DNA of 64,000 nucleotides from Eledone cirrhosa (Eukaryota). The notes under the pieces are model-generated. The model saw nothing but the letters and a program-made list of their open reading frames with translations, was not told where the DNA came from and ran no database searches. Location of the stretch: positions 303,738,001 to 303,802,000 of the forward strand of contig OZ024743.1 in the NCBI GenBank assembly GCA_964016885.1, written 5' to 3'. Below are positions 13,168 through 25,899 of the stretch, piece after piece. Numbering within the stretch: position 1 is the stretch's first letter; every line of letters starts with the position of its first letter. The position numbers were made by a program, and so were the translations under genes.

Positions 13168-13210
13168 ACGGTGCTGATGATAGCTAACAAGCTTGAAACT
13201 AGTACATCGT
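13168..13210 (+). ncRNA. Minimal type I hammerhead ribozyme, intact core
   Basis: acggtg-CTGATGA-tagctaacaagctt-GAAA-CTAG-TA-catcgt. Confidence 0.85.
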
Positions 13211-13399
13211 TCCTGTGTCAGTGTTGAACAAAAAGGTGACGTGGTTGCCTTAACACCGTATGGCATAAATTCAGGCTGTTCAGTTTGTTGACAAACGAAC
13301 AAAGCGGCGTTATAATAAGCGTCCGCTAAACTGATGCGTGCATATATGTATGTGTACCTGTATGTATATATATATATTCTCGATAAAAGCACTGGATAT

Positions 13400-13442
13400 G
13401 TAGTCCTGAAGATTTCTAATAAGAATGAAACGCGTAGATTAC
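13400..13442 (+). ncRNA. Minimal type I hammerhead ribozyme, copy 1
   Basis: gtagtc-CTGAAGA-tttctaataagaat-GAAA-CGCG-TA-gattac; outer extension ctcgataaaagca/tgcttttatcgag. Confidence 0.85.
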
Positions 13443-13709
13443 TTCCCTTGCTTTTATCGAGAATCTAATTGTAATACGTGACGTATTCTATTCTATAGCG
13501 ATTAGGTCTTCAAAATGTTTATTATAAACATACAGAATATTTTCGAATATTCTATGTCTATATTCACATATATATCGCTATTTCAGAGCATTTATTCCAA
13601 TTTCTAATTTCTGCCGGACCGGCAACCGCTCTTTCAAACCAGTTCCTGTACACAGCTAAGTATTCTATAAGTCTCTAGCTGTGTCATTCTCGATAAAAGC
13701 ACTGGATAT

Positions 13710-13752
13710 GTAGTCCTGAAGATTTCTAATAAGAATGAAACGCGTAGATTAC
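13710..13752 (+). ncRNA. Minimal type I hammerhead ribozyme, copy 2
   Basis: Same sequence as 13400-13442, offset +310. Confidence 0.85.
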
Positions 13753-14019
13753 TTCCCTTGCTTTTATCGAGAATCTAATTGTAATACGTGACGTATTCTA
13801 TTCTATAGCGATTAGGTCTTCAAAATGTTTATTATAAACATACAGAATATTTTCGAATATTCTATGTCTATATTCACATATATATCGCTATTTCAGAGCA
13901 TTTATTCCAATTTCTAATTTCTGCCGGACCGGCAACCGCTCTTTCAAACCAGTTCCTGTACACAGCTAAGTATTCTATAAGTCTCTAGCTGTGTCATTCT
14001 CGATAAAAGCACTGGATAT

Positions 14020-14062
14020 GTAGTCCTGAAGATTTCTAATAAGAATGAAACGCGTAGATTAC
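14020..14062 (+). ncRNA. Minimal type I hammerhead ribozyme, copy 3
   Basis: Same sequence as 13400-13442, offset +620. Confidence 0.85.
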
Positions 14063-14215
14063 TTCCCTTGCTTTTATCGAGAATCTAATTGTAATACGTG
14101 ACGTATTCTATTCTATAGCGATTAGGTCTTCAAAATGTTTATTATAAACATACAGAATATTTTCGAATATTCTATGTCTATATTCACATATATATCGCTA
14201 TTTCAGAGCATTTAT

Positions 14216-14252
<37 letters not shown>

Positions 14253-14487
14253 TGCTACTATACGTCTGTATACATGTATGTATGTACGTATACATACATA
14301 CTTCAATTTAAGTAAGTGCCATAATAAGAGTGAGAAATGAAATTTCGTTTTCATTTTTTTCAACTTATCGTTTTCGGTATGCCTGACCGATTTAACTCAC
14401 TCAATATGCAAATTAGGCTGCTCAGCCGTTAATTTTCATAAGGAAAGTATATACTTTCGAACGTTCAACTATCTGGCAGATGGTTAA

Positions 14488-14530
14488 ACGGTGCTTATGA
14501 TAGCTAACAAGCTTGAAACTAGTACATCGT
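14488..14530 (+). ncRNA. Hammerhead motif, core mutated (CTTATGA)
   Basis: Homologue of 13168-13210 with G5->U. Confidence 0.65.
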
Positions 14531-14680
14531 TCCTGTGTCAGTGTTGCACAAAAAGGTGACGTGGTTGCCTTAACACCGTTTGGCATAAATTCAGGCTGTT
14601 CAGTTTGTTGACAAACGAACAAAGCGGCGTTATAATAAGCGTCCGTTAAACTGATGCGTGCATATATGTATGTGTACCTG

Positions 14681-14736
<56 letters not shown>

Positions 14737-14784
14737 TGCTACTGTACGTCTGTATACATATATCTATGTACGTATACATACATA

Positions 14785-14837
<53 letters not shown>

Positions 14838-17417
14838 TATACATATATGTATGTATATATATATGTATGTATATTTGCATATATGTATATGTGCATATAT
14901 ATATATATATGTGTGTGTATGTGTATGTATATGTACATACATATGGCGCTCTGAAATAGCGATGAACATATTAATGTACACAATGTGTATTTAACAGTAT
15001 ACGTTATGTTTATGAAATGTTGGTAACATATAGTAACCTCTGTTACATGCGTCCTCCATCGCATTACACCAGAGAATATTCAGGAAAAAAAGACTTTAGC
15101 CTACCAAATACCTGAACTTTATACATATGACCCATATTCTTATTTTAGCAAGTTTGGTATTTGTAGGTATAATTTCTGCCGGATATGAATCGTCATATAT
15201 TTTGCCATCGACAGCTTAATGTCTTCTGCACAGACTATACGTGACAGAAATGATTGCTTACCACTTCCAAAGTTACGAAATCGTTTATAGCTCTTCACCA
15301 GAAATTAATTCGTAAAATAAATGTCACAATTCCTGAAATAGATTCCATTGAGTTTCGATCATATGATCTGATAACGACCTATAATGTATATGAGAATTAT
15401 TGTCAGAACAACATTCAGTCGAGTACTTGTTTTTTTTTTTCAGGTTTTTTTGTCAATCTGAGACGAAGCGTTACATTAATTATTGAATAAGACCTTGGGT
15501 TTGTTCATAAATATTAATTTTCTTTACATAGTTATCTTGCACCCTCTTAACATGTGTTAACATATCGATATTATGAGATAAGTAGTAAACATCGGTGGTT
15601 TGTTATTATTGTCAACATTTATTTATATAAACATTTATACAGAAAGGAATACATTTGTATGAGGTGTGAAAAAGACATTAATTTTATTTTGACAAATTCA
15701 TTTAATCACCGTCAAATTACTCACCTTGGGAGATTATGATAGTCTCCCAACTGTTGTGTCACGGTTGGTAACACTTCTGGAATGCTATGGAGCTCCACCA
15801 TCACTTTTTTCCGGAGCCTGTCGAACAAGTGTTGTTGTTCTCATCCAGGATAGCTTGGATTATATGGGCGGAGTGAGTGTTCGCAATCACGCGGTGAAGT
15901 TGATAAGTATTTGCCGCCCACAAGTCCGGTAGTATTCCTTATTGATTGTTTGGCTTTGTCGAGCGTATTCATGATGCAAAAACCAAAGGGTGACAAATAT
16001 ACATGCCAACATTACCTTTGCATTGCTGCGAACCTGTATTATTCAAACGAGAAAACTTATTTCTAGTAAATATATAAGATAATTATGTATGGCGAAGGCT
16101 TATGAGGCTTCTCAGTTCTGAATTTAAAATGTTATATATGCAACACTTTATAATCTTCTAGGATTTATCACGTTTAATAAACCGTGTGAGACCAACAACG
16201 TATTTTGAGGTGAATTAATGGACTATATATCATACTTTTAGAGGAATACGTTAGACATATTATAATATATCCAATTAAGTTTCCCCATTTAATACAAGAT
16301 TATTTTATAAGAAAGTCGAAAATAAAAGAAGGATTAAAACAAATACTCTATTACGAATAGCGGCAGCGTATTCGACCACTTATAATTTAGATTATTGCGT
16401 CAATACGTAAGATTAATTAAGCCTTCATCAGCAGTATATATGTCCCTTTTCATTTATTTTCTTTCGTAGGAAGACAATGGAAAATCGGATGTCGTCTTAA
16501 AAATACATTCGGCTTCTTCGGCTACTAGTCTCCCTATTATTTGCTCTAAGGGATACATGTTAACCTTTACTTAAAGAAAAATATATGTTGCTTGTCAGAA
16601 GTATTCAATGTGTGTGGGAAGATAAGGCCAGTGCTTATATTTCTTATTTAAAACGGTTAATATAATCCTTATATATTACTATCATTTTGCAGTAGCTGTC
16701 ATGACAGCAGACATTATATCAAGTAATACATTCTCATTTATGATTATTTACTAAGTCTATTTTTGCTTATTCAGTGAGTGGGAAAAACATACTATTTCGC
16801 AAGTACATCTGTTTACTTGCATAAACAGAGATTTTGACGTATTGTAGAAATATTCAATTTTCTTTTTCAGTTCATTATTTGGTAGACATGTCTGAATAAA
16901 TTATACCACCAAGCGAACTGAGATGCAAAATACATTGTTTCGTAATGTCTATATTCATTTCTTTCTCTGTCTATAAATATGTAACTTTTGTGGTCATACG
17001 TATGTGTCGGCATCATTTTTTAAATGTTTTACTCGCAATGTTCCCCTCATATCATAGTACAAATTTCGACATATAATGATGAAAGTATTGTCTAGTTAAT
17101 TTTATGAACCTATAGGTAATTTTTTCCAAAGACGTTTCAGAGTAAATTGAGTACCAAGTTAGCTGACAAATAGACCATGTATATTATAATAAATACGGGT
17201 ACACAATTAGAGGAAAAGAGGTTTAAATATCACTCATCATTTTAAGAGTTCCATACTAAACACGATGGAGGTCTAAAAATGCAGATCGGGAAGAATGCTC
17301 CCATTCTTGTAATTTGAGTGAATTTGTGGCAATTAAACACCACGCCTTCGAGGCAAGTCTCCGACATAACTGCGATGTCACATTTGGTCCTTGTGGTCAA
17401 TAACATTAATTGTCTAT

Positions 17418-17525
17418 ACTTTTGGCACAAGGCCAGCAGTTACCCAGTGCATTACTGGTACTTTATTTTATCGACCCCGTAAGGATGAAAGGCAAAGTTA
17501 ACCTCGGCGGGATTTGAACCCAGAA
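17418..17525 (-). mobile_element. tRNA-derived SINE, partial
   Basis: Core tttatcgaccccgtaaggatgaaaggcaaag plus B-box (gttcaaatcc on the minus strand); shared with 18062 and 26574. Confidence 0.8.
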
Positions 17526-17719
17526 TGATCAATAACATTAATGACATCGGATATGACTCACTATCAAATAAAAATACCGTGCATTACATTTTCGAGTTAG
17601 TTACAATTCAATTTCCATACCAAACTTGTTCAACTTGTGTTTTTATCTTTCCTGGTTCAATAAAATAGCATACTGATGAATTAATTACTCCACACACTCC
17701 ACCTTCCGTTTTCTAGCAG

Positions 17720-17828
17720 TTTGCTGATGGAGCTTTGAATGCGACCGGTTTCCTATCACAATTCGAACCCGATGGACCTTATCACCTTGACAAAGGTCAC
17801 CGAGTTGGGTTATCTATAATTTGTCCCG
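17720..17828 (+). other. Possible spliced exon of unknown gene
   Basis: Pyrimidine tract ending ctagcag; open frame FADGALNATGFLSQFEPDGPYHLDKGHRVGLSIICP; donor G|GTAAGA; no recognised homology. Confidence 0.25.
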
Positions 17829-18061
17829 GTAAGATAATTCACTAATGTAGGTTGTGCAATGTTACTTTTTCTTGAAGACCAATCTCAGCACCTCAATTAA
17901 AACCATCGAACCCGCCGCTTGTAACGTAGTGGAAACGAATATAAACACATAACAGGCTTTGCGTGATCGTTCCCTTCGTATTACTTCAAGGGATTTCTCT
18001 CTCTTTTCCCTCGGGCCAAATTATGGCCCTTGTCGTAGTAGGATGGTATATAATTGTTTCT

Positions 18062-18246
18062 ACTTTTTCCACAAGGCCAGCAATTATCCCAGTGTATTTC
18101 TGGTACTTTATGTTATCGACCTCGTAAGGATGAATGGCAAAAAGTAACCTCGGAGGGATTTGAACTCAGACTATAAAGAGCCGTACTTCTTTGCTGCAAA
18201 GCATGGCGTCCGACCCTCTAACGATACTGCCAATCCACCGCCCTTA
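18062..18246 (-). mobile_element. tRNA-derived SINE, near full length
   Basis: Minus strand: ggcggtggattggcagtatcg (A box) ... gagttcaaatcc (B box) ... gcc.ttcatccttacgaggtcgataa core. Confidence 0.85.
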
Positions 18247-18507
18247 GGAAGGTATATAACGCAGAGTGTATATAGTGACGAAATAGCTGAATGTATATCT
18301 TGCCACATTCAATGAATTAGTATTGAAACAAGGAGAGTCAATGAAAGAGAAGGGAACGTGAATGTGAATAAATAAACAAATACAAAATATGTGCATGATC
18401 TAAAATGTTATTGATAATGTGTTAAATGGAACAGACACCTTCACAGAACGTGATGATTAATATATGGATAAGGGGCAAACAAATATAATACCATGTAATA
18501 TATATTT

Positions 18508-18660
18508 AAGGCGCTGAATAGGCAGAGTCGTTAAGACGACGGATAAAATATTTACGATATTCGTCCCACCACTTTGCGCGTTTCAGTTCTGATCCCTCCG
18601 TAGTGAATTTAGCCTTTCATCCTTTCCAGTCGATAAAAAAAGTCCCCTCTAGTACTGACG
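18508..18660 (+). mobile_element. tRNA-derived SINE, diverged
   Basis: ggcgctgaataggcagagtcgtta ... gcctttcatcctttccagtcgataaaa. Confidence 0.65.
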
Positions 18661-19152
18661 TTGATTATTCTTCTATAGAAAAAATCGGATGTGTTCAGAC
18701 TTGGAGAGGGATGGATTCACCAGGTTGAAATGCGTTCTACGAATGCCGAATGATGATGCCTCTACAACTCTAAAAGGAGTTATGGGATATTTATATTTTT
18801 AATATATATTTACCAATCTAATGATTCAAAACAGAATCAACCATTGTTGCGTTGTATTGATACACTTGTTCTTTGATAAGTTCATTATGCCAATTAAAAC
18901 ACACGCACCTGTTAGGTTTTACTATTGATCTGGAAAAAATGCTGAGAATTAGTTGTGCAATCAAACAATCAATGAAATAATTACTTGACAACGGAATCTC
19001 AATACACACCCTGTGACCGAATCGTATATATTTAACCATCTGTGTTTCTCTCTTTGTGTATATTACTTGTAGTTCTTTGTGCGACCGAACTGCATCTTTA
19101 CTCTTTTATAACTATATTCCTACTCGCCAAAACTGTTTGTCTTTAGTCAATA

Positions 19153-22104
19153 CTAGCAGATGTACCCGGCGTTGCTCGGGGTTTGAAATTATGCTTAGAA
19201 TATACAGCTTGGAAGTAAAAGAGGAACATTATTTGTCCCCAACCTGTCAAAATAAGCAGAAGTCTTCAATAATTAATGCAAACGAATATTTAGTGCAATC
19301 GTTGTACACATAAAACTATGCTGATAATGAAGTAAAACACTGAACAGGATGTAGTTATACAAATGATTAAAGACAATACACGTTGCAAATCTGTAAAAAA
19401 ACAGGCAGTTTTGCTAAAGTACAAAAAGTTGTAATGAAAGCAGAGTTGTATACAAACAATGAGAGTAGAATAAGAGAAAATCTATTCTTTAAGAGCATCC
19501 TTTGCTGTGTATGGTTACATTTTTAACTTATAATCCTAAATATCCTGCATGACATATTCATTGGTATGTTTTGTAATGAGTAAGGTGAAGTCAAGGCAGA
19601 GTTGTAATAAGTCTTTTTGTTAACACTAAAGCACTTCAGGATAGACGATATTCTTTGTTTTTCTTTTCGGAACAAACACAAAGAGATTATCTCGACTGCC
19701 AACTCGTGAGCAGGCAACGTAGAATTGTCCATGCGAAAAGCAAGGTTCATCAAAGTGAATTCCAGCAACGGACAGAGTTTGACTTTGCGACTTGTTTATG
19801 AACATCGCAAAGGCACCACGAAGGGGAAATTGGGTTCGGCGAAAGGAGAAGGGAGTATCAACGCCTTATGTAGTCAGGCTAATTTTTGTTATTGTCACAT
19901 CCTCGCCTTTTCCACATCCGGATAAAATGGTAGCGTCAATACTAAGTGGAGACAGATATTTAACCACAAGGCGTGTACTATTGCATAGATTTGGTGGAGT
20001 GATATTTCTCAGCAAAATAACTGGTGTTCCCACTTTCAGAACCAATGTATTAGGAGGTAAACCAGGAGGATTTAAAGAATTTAGAAATCCAACTGGATAA
20101 TTGACCGCATCCTGTGGATCACATACAGTATCAATAGATTTATATATCCCTGGACATCCAAGAAGAAGATGAAGAAGCTGATCGTAATAACCGTAAAAGT
20201 TTTGGTTGCATGAATGGCTCTTTCGCACAGCCAATCAAGATTCGTATAGTTATCGCGCAAGTTCGGGAATACACTCAGCTTGAGATCATCGACAGTTTCA
20301 ACTACATTGCAGATTTGATCAATTGCTATGTGTCCATCTGTATCTGGAGGTAGGTTACCATCTCCGATTGTAAGAATTTCTCCAGAAAATGTGGATGACA
20401 GAGGTTCACCATGCAACCTTGCACGCATGTTGGTAGTTAGTCTTAATGGGGTCATTTGTCGCCACAATGGTGAGGACTTAAGACATGCATTTACCGCATA
20501 TGCTCTTGTTCCTTTCGGTATTATATGAAGAGTCTGTCCGAAATCTCCTGATAGCAGAAGGGTGATACCCCCCATAACATCATTGCAATCCCGTATGTCT
20601 TGCAAATACCTATCTAGTGCCTCAAGAGCACCTTTGTGTGCCATTGTGCACTCACCCCAAACAATAAGGTGACACCTTCGCAGCAGATGAGCCCTTTCGG
20701 AGTCTTTGGTTATATAACAAGTAGGAGTTTCCAATTTTGCCAAATCAGGGGCAATTTCAAAACTGAATGTGCCGTCCTTCCAGCAGGGAGCAAATTGTTG
20801 CGATTCCGGAGGACGCAAATGCTATTGCTATGTCTTTATTCTGTCAAACCTTTGCAAGAAGAAGTTTAGTAACGAAAGTGTTTCCTGTCACGCCTGGAGC
20901 ATCGAGGAAAAATATGACACCTCTTCTTTGAAATACCAATTCAGTAATGGTGGCATAAGCCAGTCGCTGATCAGCTAGAAGTTTTGGCTCATTATCTGAG
21001 ACGTAAAGGCCAAGATCATGGATGTCATAAGACGTCTCTTGTATGATATCTGTGGGAAGTTTGTTTGAGTCTGTGCGATGAGTTTCTTGTAAACCGTAGT
21101 AACGTAAAACCTTTCCTCCAATCAGAGTTAACTTGTCCTCAATATCAATGGGAGCTCTGTTGTATAATTCATTACTAAAGCCGACCTCTATTTCTGGAAG
21201 CAGCAATTGTGTTTGGTGTCTGTAGTCGTCTGTTAGTTCATCCCTATATTTCATCCACAAGGACAGAGGGTCAAATAAGTTGCACGAGTGCAAAAGTACC
21301 GCAAATAAATTTCTTAGGCTGGCAGGTGAATGTGAAAGAGAAACTTCCGCCATCACTTCATCCCACTGCGAACCATCTTCCAGCAATCCACGCCTCAAAA
21401 ATGCCTTTGTGCATGTTGGAAGAACTTGTCCGTCTAACGTTCGGATACCATAAAAGCAGGTAGGTCCTCTGACCACATGTAGTAGCATGCGAAGATGGAA
21501 GCACACGTGTTAGTTTGGGGGCACAGTATAAACTCTGCCCAAGCACTCGTTGAACTTGATGCCTGGATAACTTCGACACACTGTCCTTTTTTTCTGCGCT
21601 TCCATGTATTTTTCCCAAGTATAGTAATATGGGACTTGTGGATAAAGTAAGGTTTTAGCAAATGGATCTTGATATATTTTAAAGAAAACGGTAAGAGTAG
21701 TATCCTTTGGTTCTAGTGCTAACTGAGCAGCTGATGCATTCGTAAAATATACTCTCTGAACGTTCTCCAGGTGCATTTTAAGTTTTTGAACAGCAGGATG
21801 CCGTTGATGGATAAAAAATTCGAAAATTGGCCAGAACGCTTGACAAGTTGTTTATCTCCCTTTTTGTATAAGGATTGTCAATAAAGTTTGTTATCTCCCT
21901 TACATCAATTTTTCTACCGATAATTTGATATCGATTGTTATTGCTCAACGTGGGCCGATTTGAAAAATGTTTGTGATGTGACAATCTTAGCGACCGGTGC
22001 AACGTGCATAGAAAATTTGGTCAAATTCAGTTGGTAATTGTGAAAGCCTTAAGCATGCAAAGCTGTACACAGACACACAAAAATTCCACGCTTTAATATA
22101 TATA
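19153..22104 (-). mobile_element. Internally deleted Helitron
   Basis: Minus-strand 3' end cccgagcaacgccggg hairpin + CTAG|T at 19153; TA-rich 5' end near 22100 (approximate); PIF1 helicase relic inside. Confidence 0.85.
19480..21776 (-). pseudogene. Helitron RepHel PIF1 helicase region, frameshifted
   Basis: HLENVQRVYF; LRMLLHVVRGPTCF; FFLDAPGVTGNTF (Walker A); LIVWGECTM; LLSGDFGQTL; LRLTTNMR; GLPPNTLVLKVGTPVILLRN. Confidence 0.92.
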
Positions 22105-22274
22105 AATATATGGTAGAATTTTGCTAATCCATGCTTACTCTCTAACATAGATGGGCTTTGTATCTGCTTTTGTTTCTGCTTAACACAAGAAATATTTATT
22201 TTATTTTAACTTTGAAATGTTAATGCTTTTGCTTTACAGAAGTTTCCCTCGTTTAACACAAGGATATATATATG

Positions 22275-22357
<83 letters not shown>

Positions 22358-22756
22358 GTGTCTGTATATGTGTGTGTGTGTGTGTGTGCGTGTGTCTATT
22401 TTTATTTACAGAATCATAGTTCAAAATGGGACCAAATTTGTTGCTCTCGATGTTATATCTTTTTATGTTTAGTTCTCTTAAGGTTTCAAAACAGATATTG
22501 ATTGAAATTTATTAACTTGAGAGGATCAGAGAAGACATAATATATGTATATATTAAATTTTAAACTTCGTTTTTTTATTATAATTTTTCTTAAACATTAT
22601 TGGTTAAATTTTGGAATTCGTACAATCCACCTTATCCATATGCAATATCCTTATGATTATAACAATAATAATGATGATGAAGGTGATGATAATGATAATG
22701 ATGATGATAACAATGAAAATTGCGATGATGATGTTCATAGTAATAATAATAATAAT

Positions 22757-22877
22757 TGTTTCTACTCTAAGCAGTTTGAAGGGAAGGGTAAAGTCGATTA
22801 TATCGACATCACTGAATTACTGGTGCTTCCTTTTATCCGATCTCGTAAGGATGAAAGGCAAAGCACACCTGGGCGGT
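22757..22877 (-). mobile_element. SINE fragment
   Basis: cgtaaggatgaaaggcaaag core. Confidence 0.6.
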
Positions 22878-22893
22878 GACACTGGCAAAATTA

Positions 22894-22949
<56 letters not shown>

Positions 22950-23001
22950 AAAATAAAATAAAATAAATAAGTCAAATATTTAAATTTTGGCTTCGTTTAG
23001 T

Positions 23002-23056
23002 ACTGCTATATATATTTCGGTTACAGCCATCTTTGGCTGTGACCGCTTTAGGAAGT
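23002..23056 (-). ncRNA. Hammerhead motif in inverted pLTR of PLE-3, core mutated
   Basis: acttc-CTAAAGC-ggtcacagccaaagatggctgtaacc-GAAA-TATATA-TA-gcagt. Confidence 0.55.
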
Positions 23057-23641
23057 CCGAATTAGTGTGGTAGAGACAAGTACACATGTTGTCGAGGTGT
23101 TTAACTTTGTAAAATACTCTGATATTCCCAGTTCCTGGTTGGGTTATTATTTCACTGAGGAACTGGAATCGTATGAATTTAAACAAACGAATTTCAGCGT
23201 CAAAGGACATCTCCTCCTCTCATTGGTCAGTTGTTAGAACATTCCTCAGTCAAATGTCTATAGAAATTCGTTCTGAGCAAGCGAATCTGTAGTGGCTGTT
23301 CTTGTTATTGTTAGGTACATCTGACCTCTATTCTTATGTTGGTGGAGGTGTTGTTGTTGGAGTCAGCTAAAAAAAATGATAAAGTGGTAGATGGAATAAG
23401 ATGGTAAAGGAACAAAATAAAATAAAATAATCAAATAAAATGTGTGTGTGTGTGTTATACCCATCTCAATGTTATAAAGATCTGTAAGGTCACTCTTCCC
23501 ATTGGTCAGTTTTGAGGGCATTCCTCAGTCAAAAGTCTATAGAAATTATTTCTGGGGTGAAGCTCCCTGTCGTGTTTGTGTTTGCTATTGTTAAGTACAT
23601 CAGACCTCTACCCTTATTTTGGTAGTGTTGTTGGTGTTGTG

Positions 23642-24521
23642 CAACCCACCAAATCTCCAACAACTCACGACGCCTCCAACCCACCCATATAGGAGGAGAC
23701 GCAGAAAAATCACGTGGTACAACCCACCCTACTCTTCGACCCTAAAGAACAGCTTGGCTCGATCATTCTTTGGAGCACTTGATAAATGCTTCCCGAGAAA
23801 CCATAGATAACACAAGATATTCAACAGACACACTGTGAAGCTCTGGCATTCCACCACGAGAAATCTGACCCAACACATAGCTAGCATCAACAGGAGTAGG
23901 CTTAAAAACCACCCCCAACCAGAAGATGGCAATACAAGCACACAGCAGAACCATGTGGAAGGAGAGAAGGGGGGACCCAGTGCCCACCCAATAAATCCAA
24001 ACATACCCGGGGACACCCCACCGTGCCCGGGGGAAGACCACCATGTAACACTTAACGTGAACCCCACTCTAGGCACGCAGGGGTCGACCACCCTCTCCAA
24101 CTGCAGAAACCCCGAATCATGCCTCCTTAGTAATGAATACCTTAAGAAGAACCTAGTATACGGTTGTAGGGTTAAAACCCCCAACTCCGAACACCTCTAC
24201 ATAGGAGCCACATCAACGAGCTTTAAAGACGGTTGGTATAACCATCGCCATTCCTTCAATAAGGAGGCCAAAACGAAAAGTACGGCTCTCTCCGACTTGA
24301 TCTGGAAGCTTAAGCTGGACAGGACCCCGTACTCTCTGGCCTGGTCCATAATCAGGAAAGTACCACCCGATAAAGGGGGATCTGGCATATGCAAACTATG
24401 TCTGAACGAGATCCTCGAGATACTAAGAGGTGGAAGCCGCCTGATAAACCTCAGAACCGACTTCTTCGGGACATGTAGACACCTCAGGGCCGGGACGTTC
24501 GTCAAGATATATGGACAGTAG
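23642..24521 (+). pseudogene. PLE-3 GIY-YIG endonuclease region
   Basis: RRKITWYNPPYS; LDKCFP then stop; NCRNPESC; LYIGATSTSFKDGWYNHRHSF; STALSDLIWKLK; CKLCLNE; CRH. Confidence 0.9.
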
Positions 24522-25844
24522 CAACACAATAAGATGTGAAATCCCCTCCAGCTATGGGGACTTCTCCAGAACATGTAGACACCTCTCGGCCAGACCTCTC
24601 TCAAGCTATATGGTCAGTAACAACACCATAGGTTAGGAACTCCCCTGAAGCCATAGCGACCAACCCAGGATGAGTAGACACCATGACAGCCTAGTGATTG
24701 ATTCTGACACAGCCTTTATAATTTGGCCAACATATTTATAACACACACACATTATATTTTACTTGATTTTTGATTTTTGATTTTTGATTATTCATTTGTT
24801 ATTTGTTTTCTGTTTTCTTCACTTTATCACCTTATATTTAAGTTGAGATTGGTTATAACACGCACACATTTTAGTTCATTATCCTATTTCGTGTTATTCT
24901 TTTACCATCTTGTTCCTCATACCAATTTATCCAACATATTTCTGATCTTGAGAATGGTTATAGCACACACACATTTTATTTTATTTGAATCTTCATTTTT
25001 ATTTTTCACTTTTCATTTTCATTTTCCTTTTTTCATTTTTCATTTTCATTTTTCATTACTTTTTCATTAATTTTTCATTTATTTTCTATGTATTATTTAT
25101 TTTCTGTTTTCTTCATTTTATTGCCTTCTATTTCTTCATATACATGGCATACCCCCCCCCCCCCCAACCACCACCACGGGAGATGGTGGCAGGAGGGATT
25201 AAGAAACACACACACAGATACTTCTAAATGTCAGCAGTAGCAAGACATATGCTGACCACAACACCAACAACACTACCTAAATAAGAGTAGATGTCAGATG
25301 TACTTAACAATAGCAAACGCAAACACTACAGAGACCCCAAACCCAGAAATAATGTCTATAGACGTTTGACTGAGGAATGCTCTCAAAACTGACCAATGGG
25401 AAGAGTGACCTTACAAATCTTTATAACATTGAGATGGGTATAATACACACACACATTTTATTTGATTATTTTATTTTATTTTATTTTGTTCCTTTACCAT
25501 CTTATTCCTTCTACCACTTTATCATTTTTTTTAGCTGACTCCAACAACAACACCACTACCATCATAAGAATAGAGGTCAGATGTACCTAACAATAACAAG
25601 AACAACCACTACAGATTGAATTGCCTCAGAACGAATTTCTATACACTTTTGACTGAGGAATGTTCTAACAACTGACCAATGAGAGGAGAAGAGGCCCTTT
25701 GACGCTGAAATTCGTTTGTTTAAATTCATATGATTCGAGTTCTTCAGTGATATAATAACCCAACTAGGAACTGGGCATATCAGAGTATTGACAAAGTTAA
25801 ACACCTCAACAACATGTGTACTCGTCTCTACCACACTAATTCGG

Positions 25845-25899
25845 ACTGCCTGAAGAGGTCACAGCCAAAGATGGCTGTCACCGAAATATATATAGAGGT
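25845..25899 (+). ncRNA. Type I hammerhead in PLE-3 3' pLTR; core intact, stem I damaged
   Basis: actgc-CTGAAGA-ggtcacagccaaagatggctgtcacc-GAAA-TATATA-TA-gaggt; the sister copy has the pairing gcagt. Confidence 0.7.

Larger units (their letters stand above)
13376..14221 (+). mobile_element. 310 bp HHR tandem repeat, ~2.7 apparently identical copies (retrozyme-like)
   Basis: cgataaaagc at 13381, 13691 and 14001 gives an exact 310 bp period; one HHR per unit; flanked by (TA)n. Confidence 0.9.
13090..14790 (+). mobile_element. ~430 bp HHR tandem-repeat family (retrozyme-like), array 1, interrupted by the 310 bp family
   Basis: Two units with HHRs at 13168 and 14488; short inverted piece at 13090-13150; homologous to 38765-40585 and 57900-58897. 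Confidence 0.8.

Noticed and set aside
13376-14221. CRISPR array or ordinary satellite
   Set aside because: No unique spacers, eukaryotic context, and each unit carries a ribozyme
3315-24521. Selenocysteine recoding reported for some Naiad PLEs
   Set aside because: The EN-associated Cys positions I could read in PLE-1/2/3 are Cys or missense codons, not in-frame TGA
25370-25715. Two CTGAGGA boxes in the PLE-3 pLTR internal repeats
   Set aside because: No properly placed GAAA, stem III or stem I
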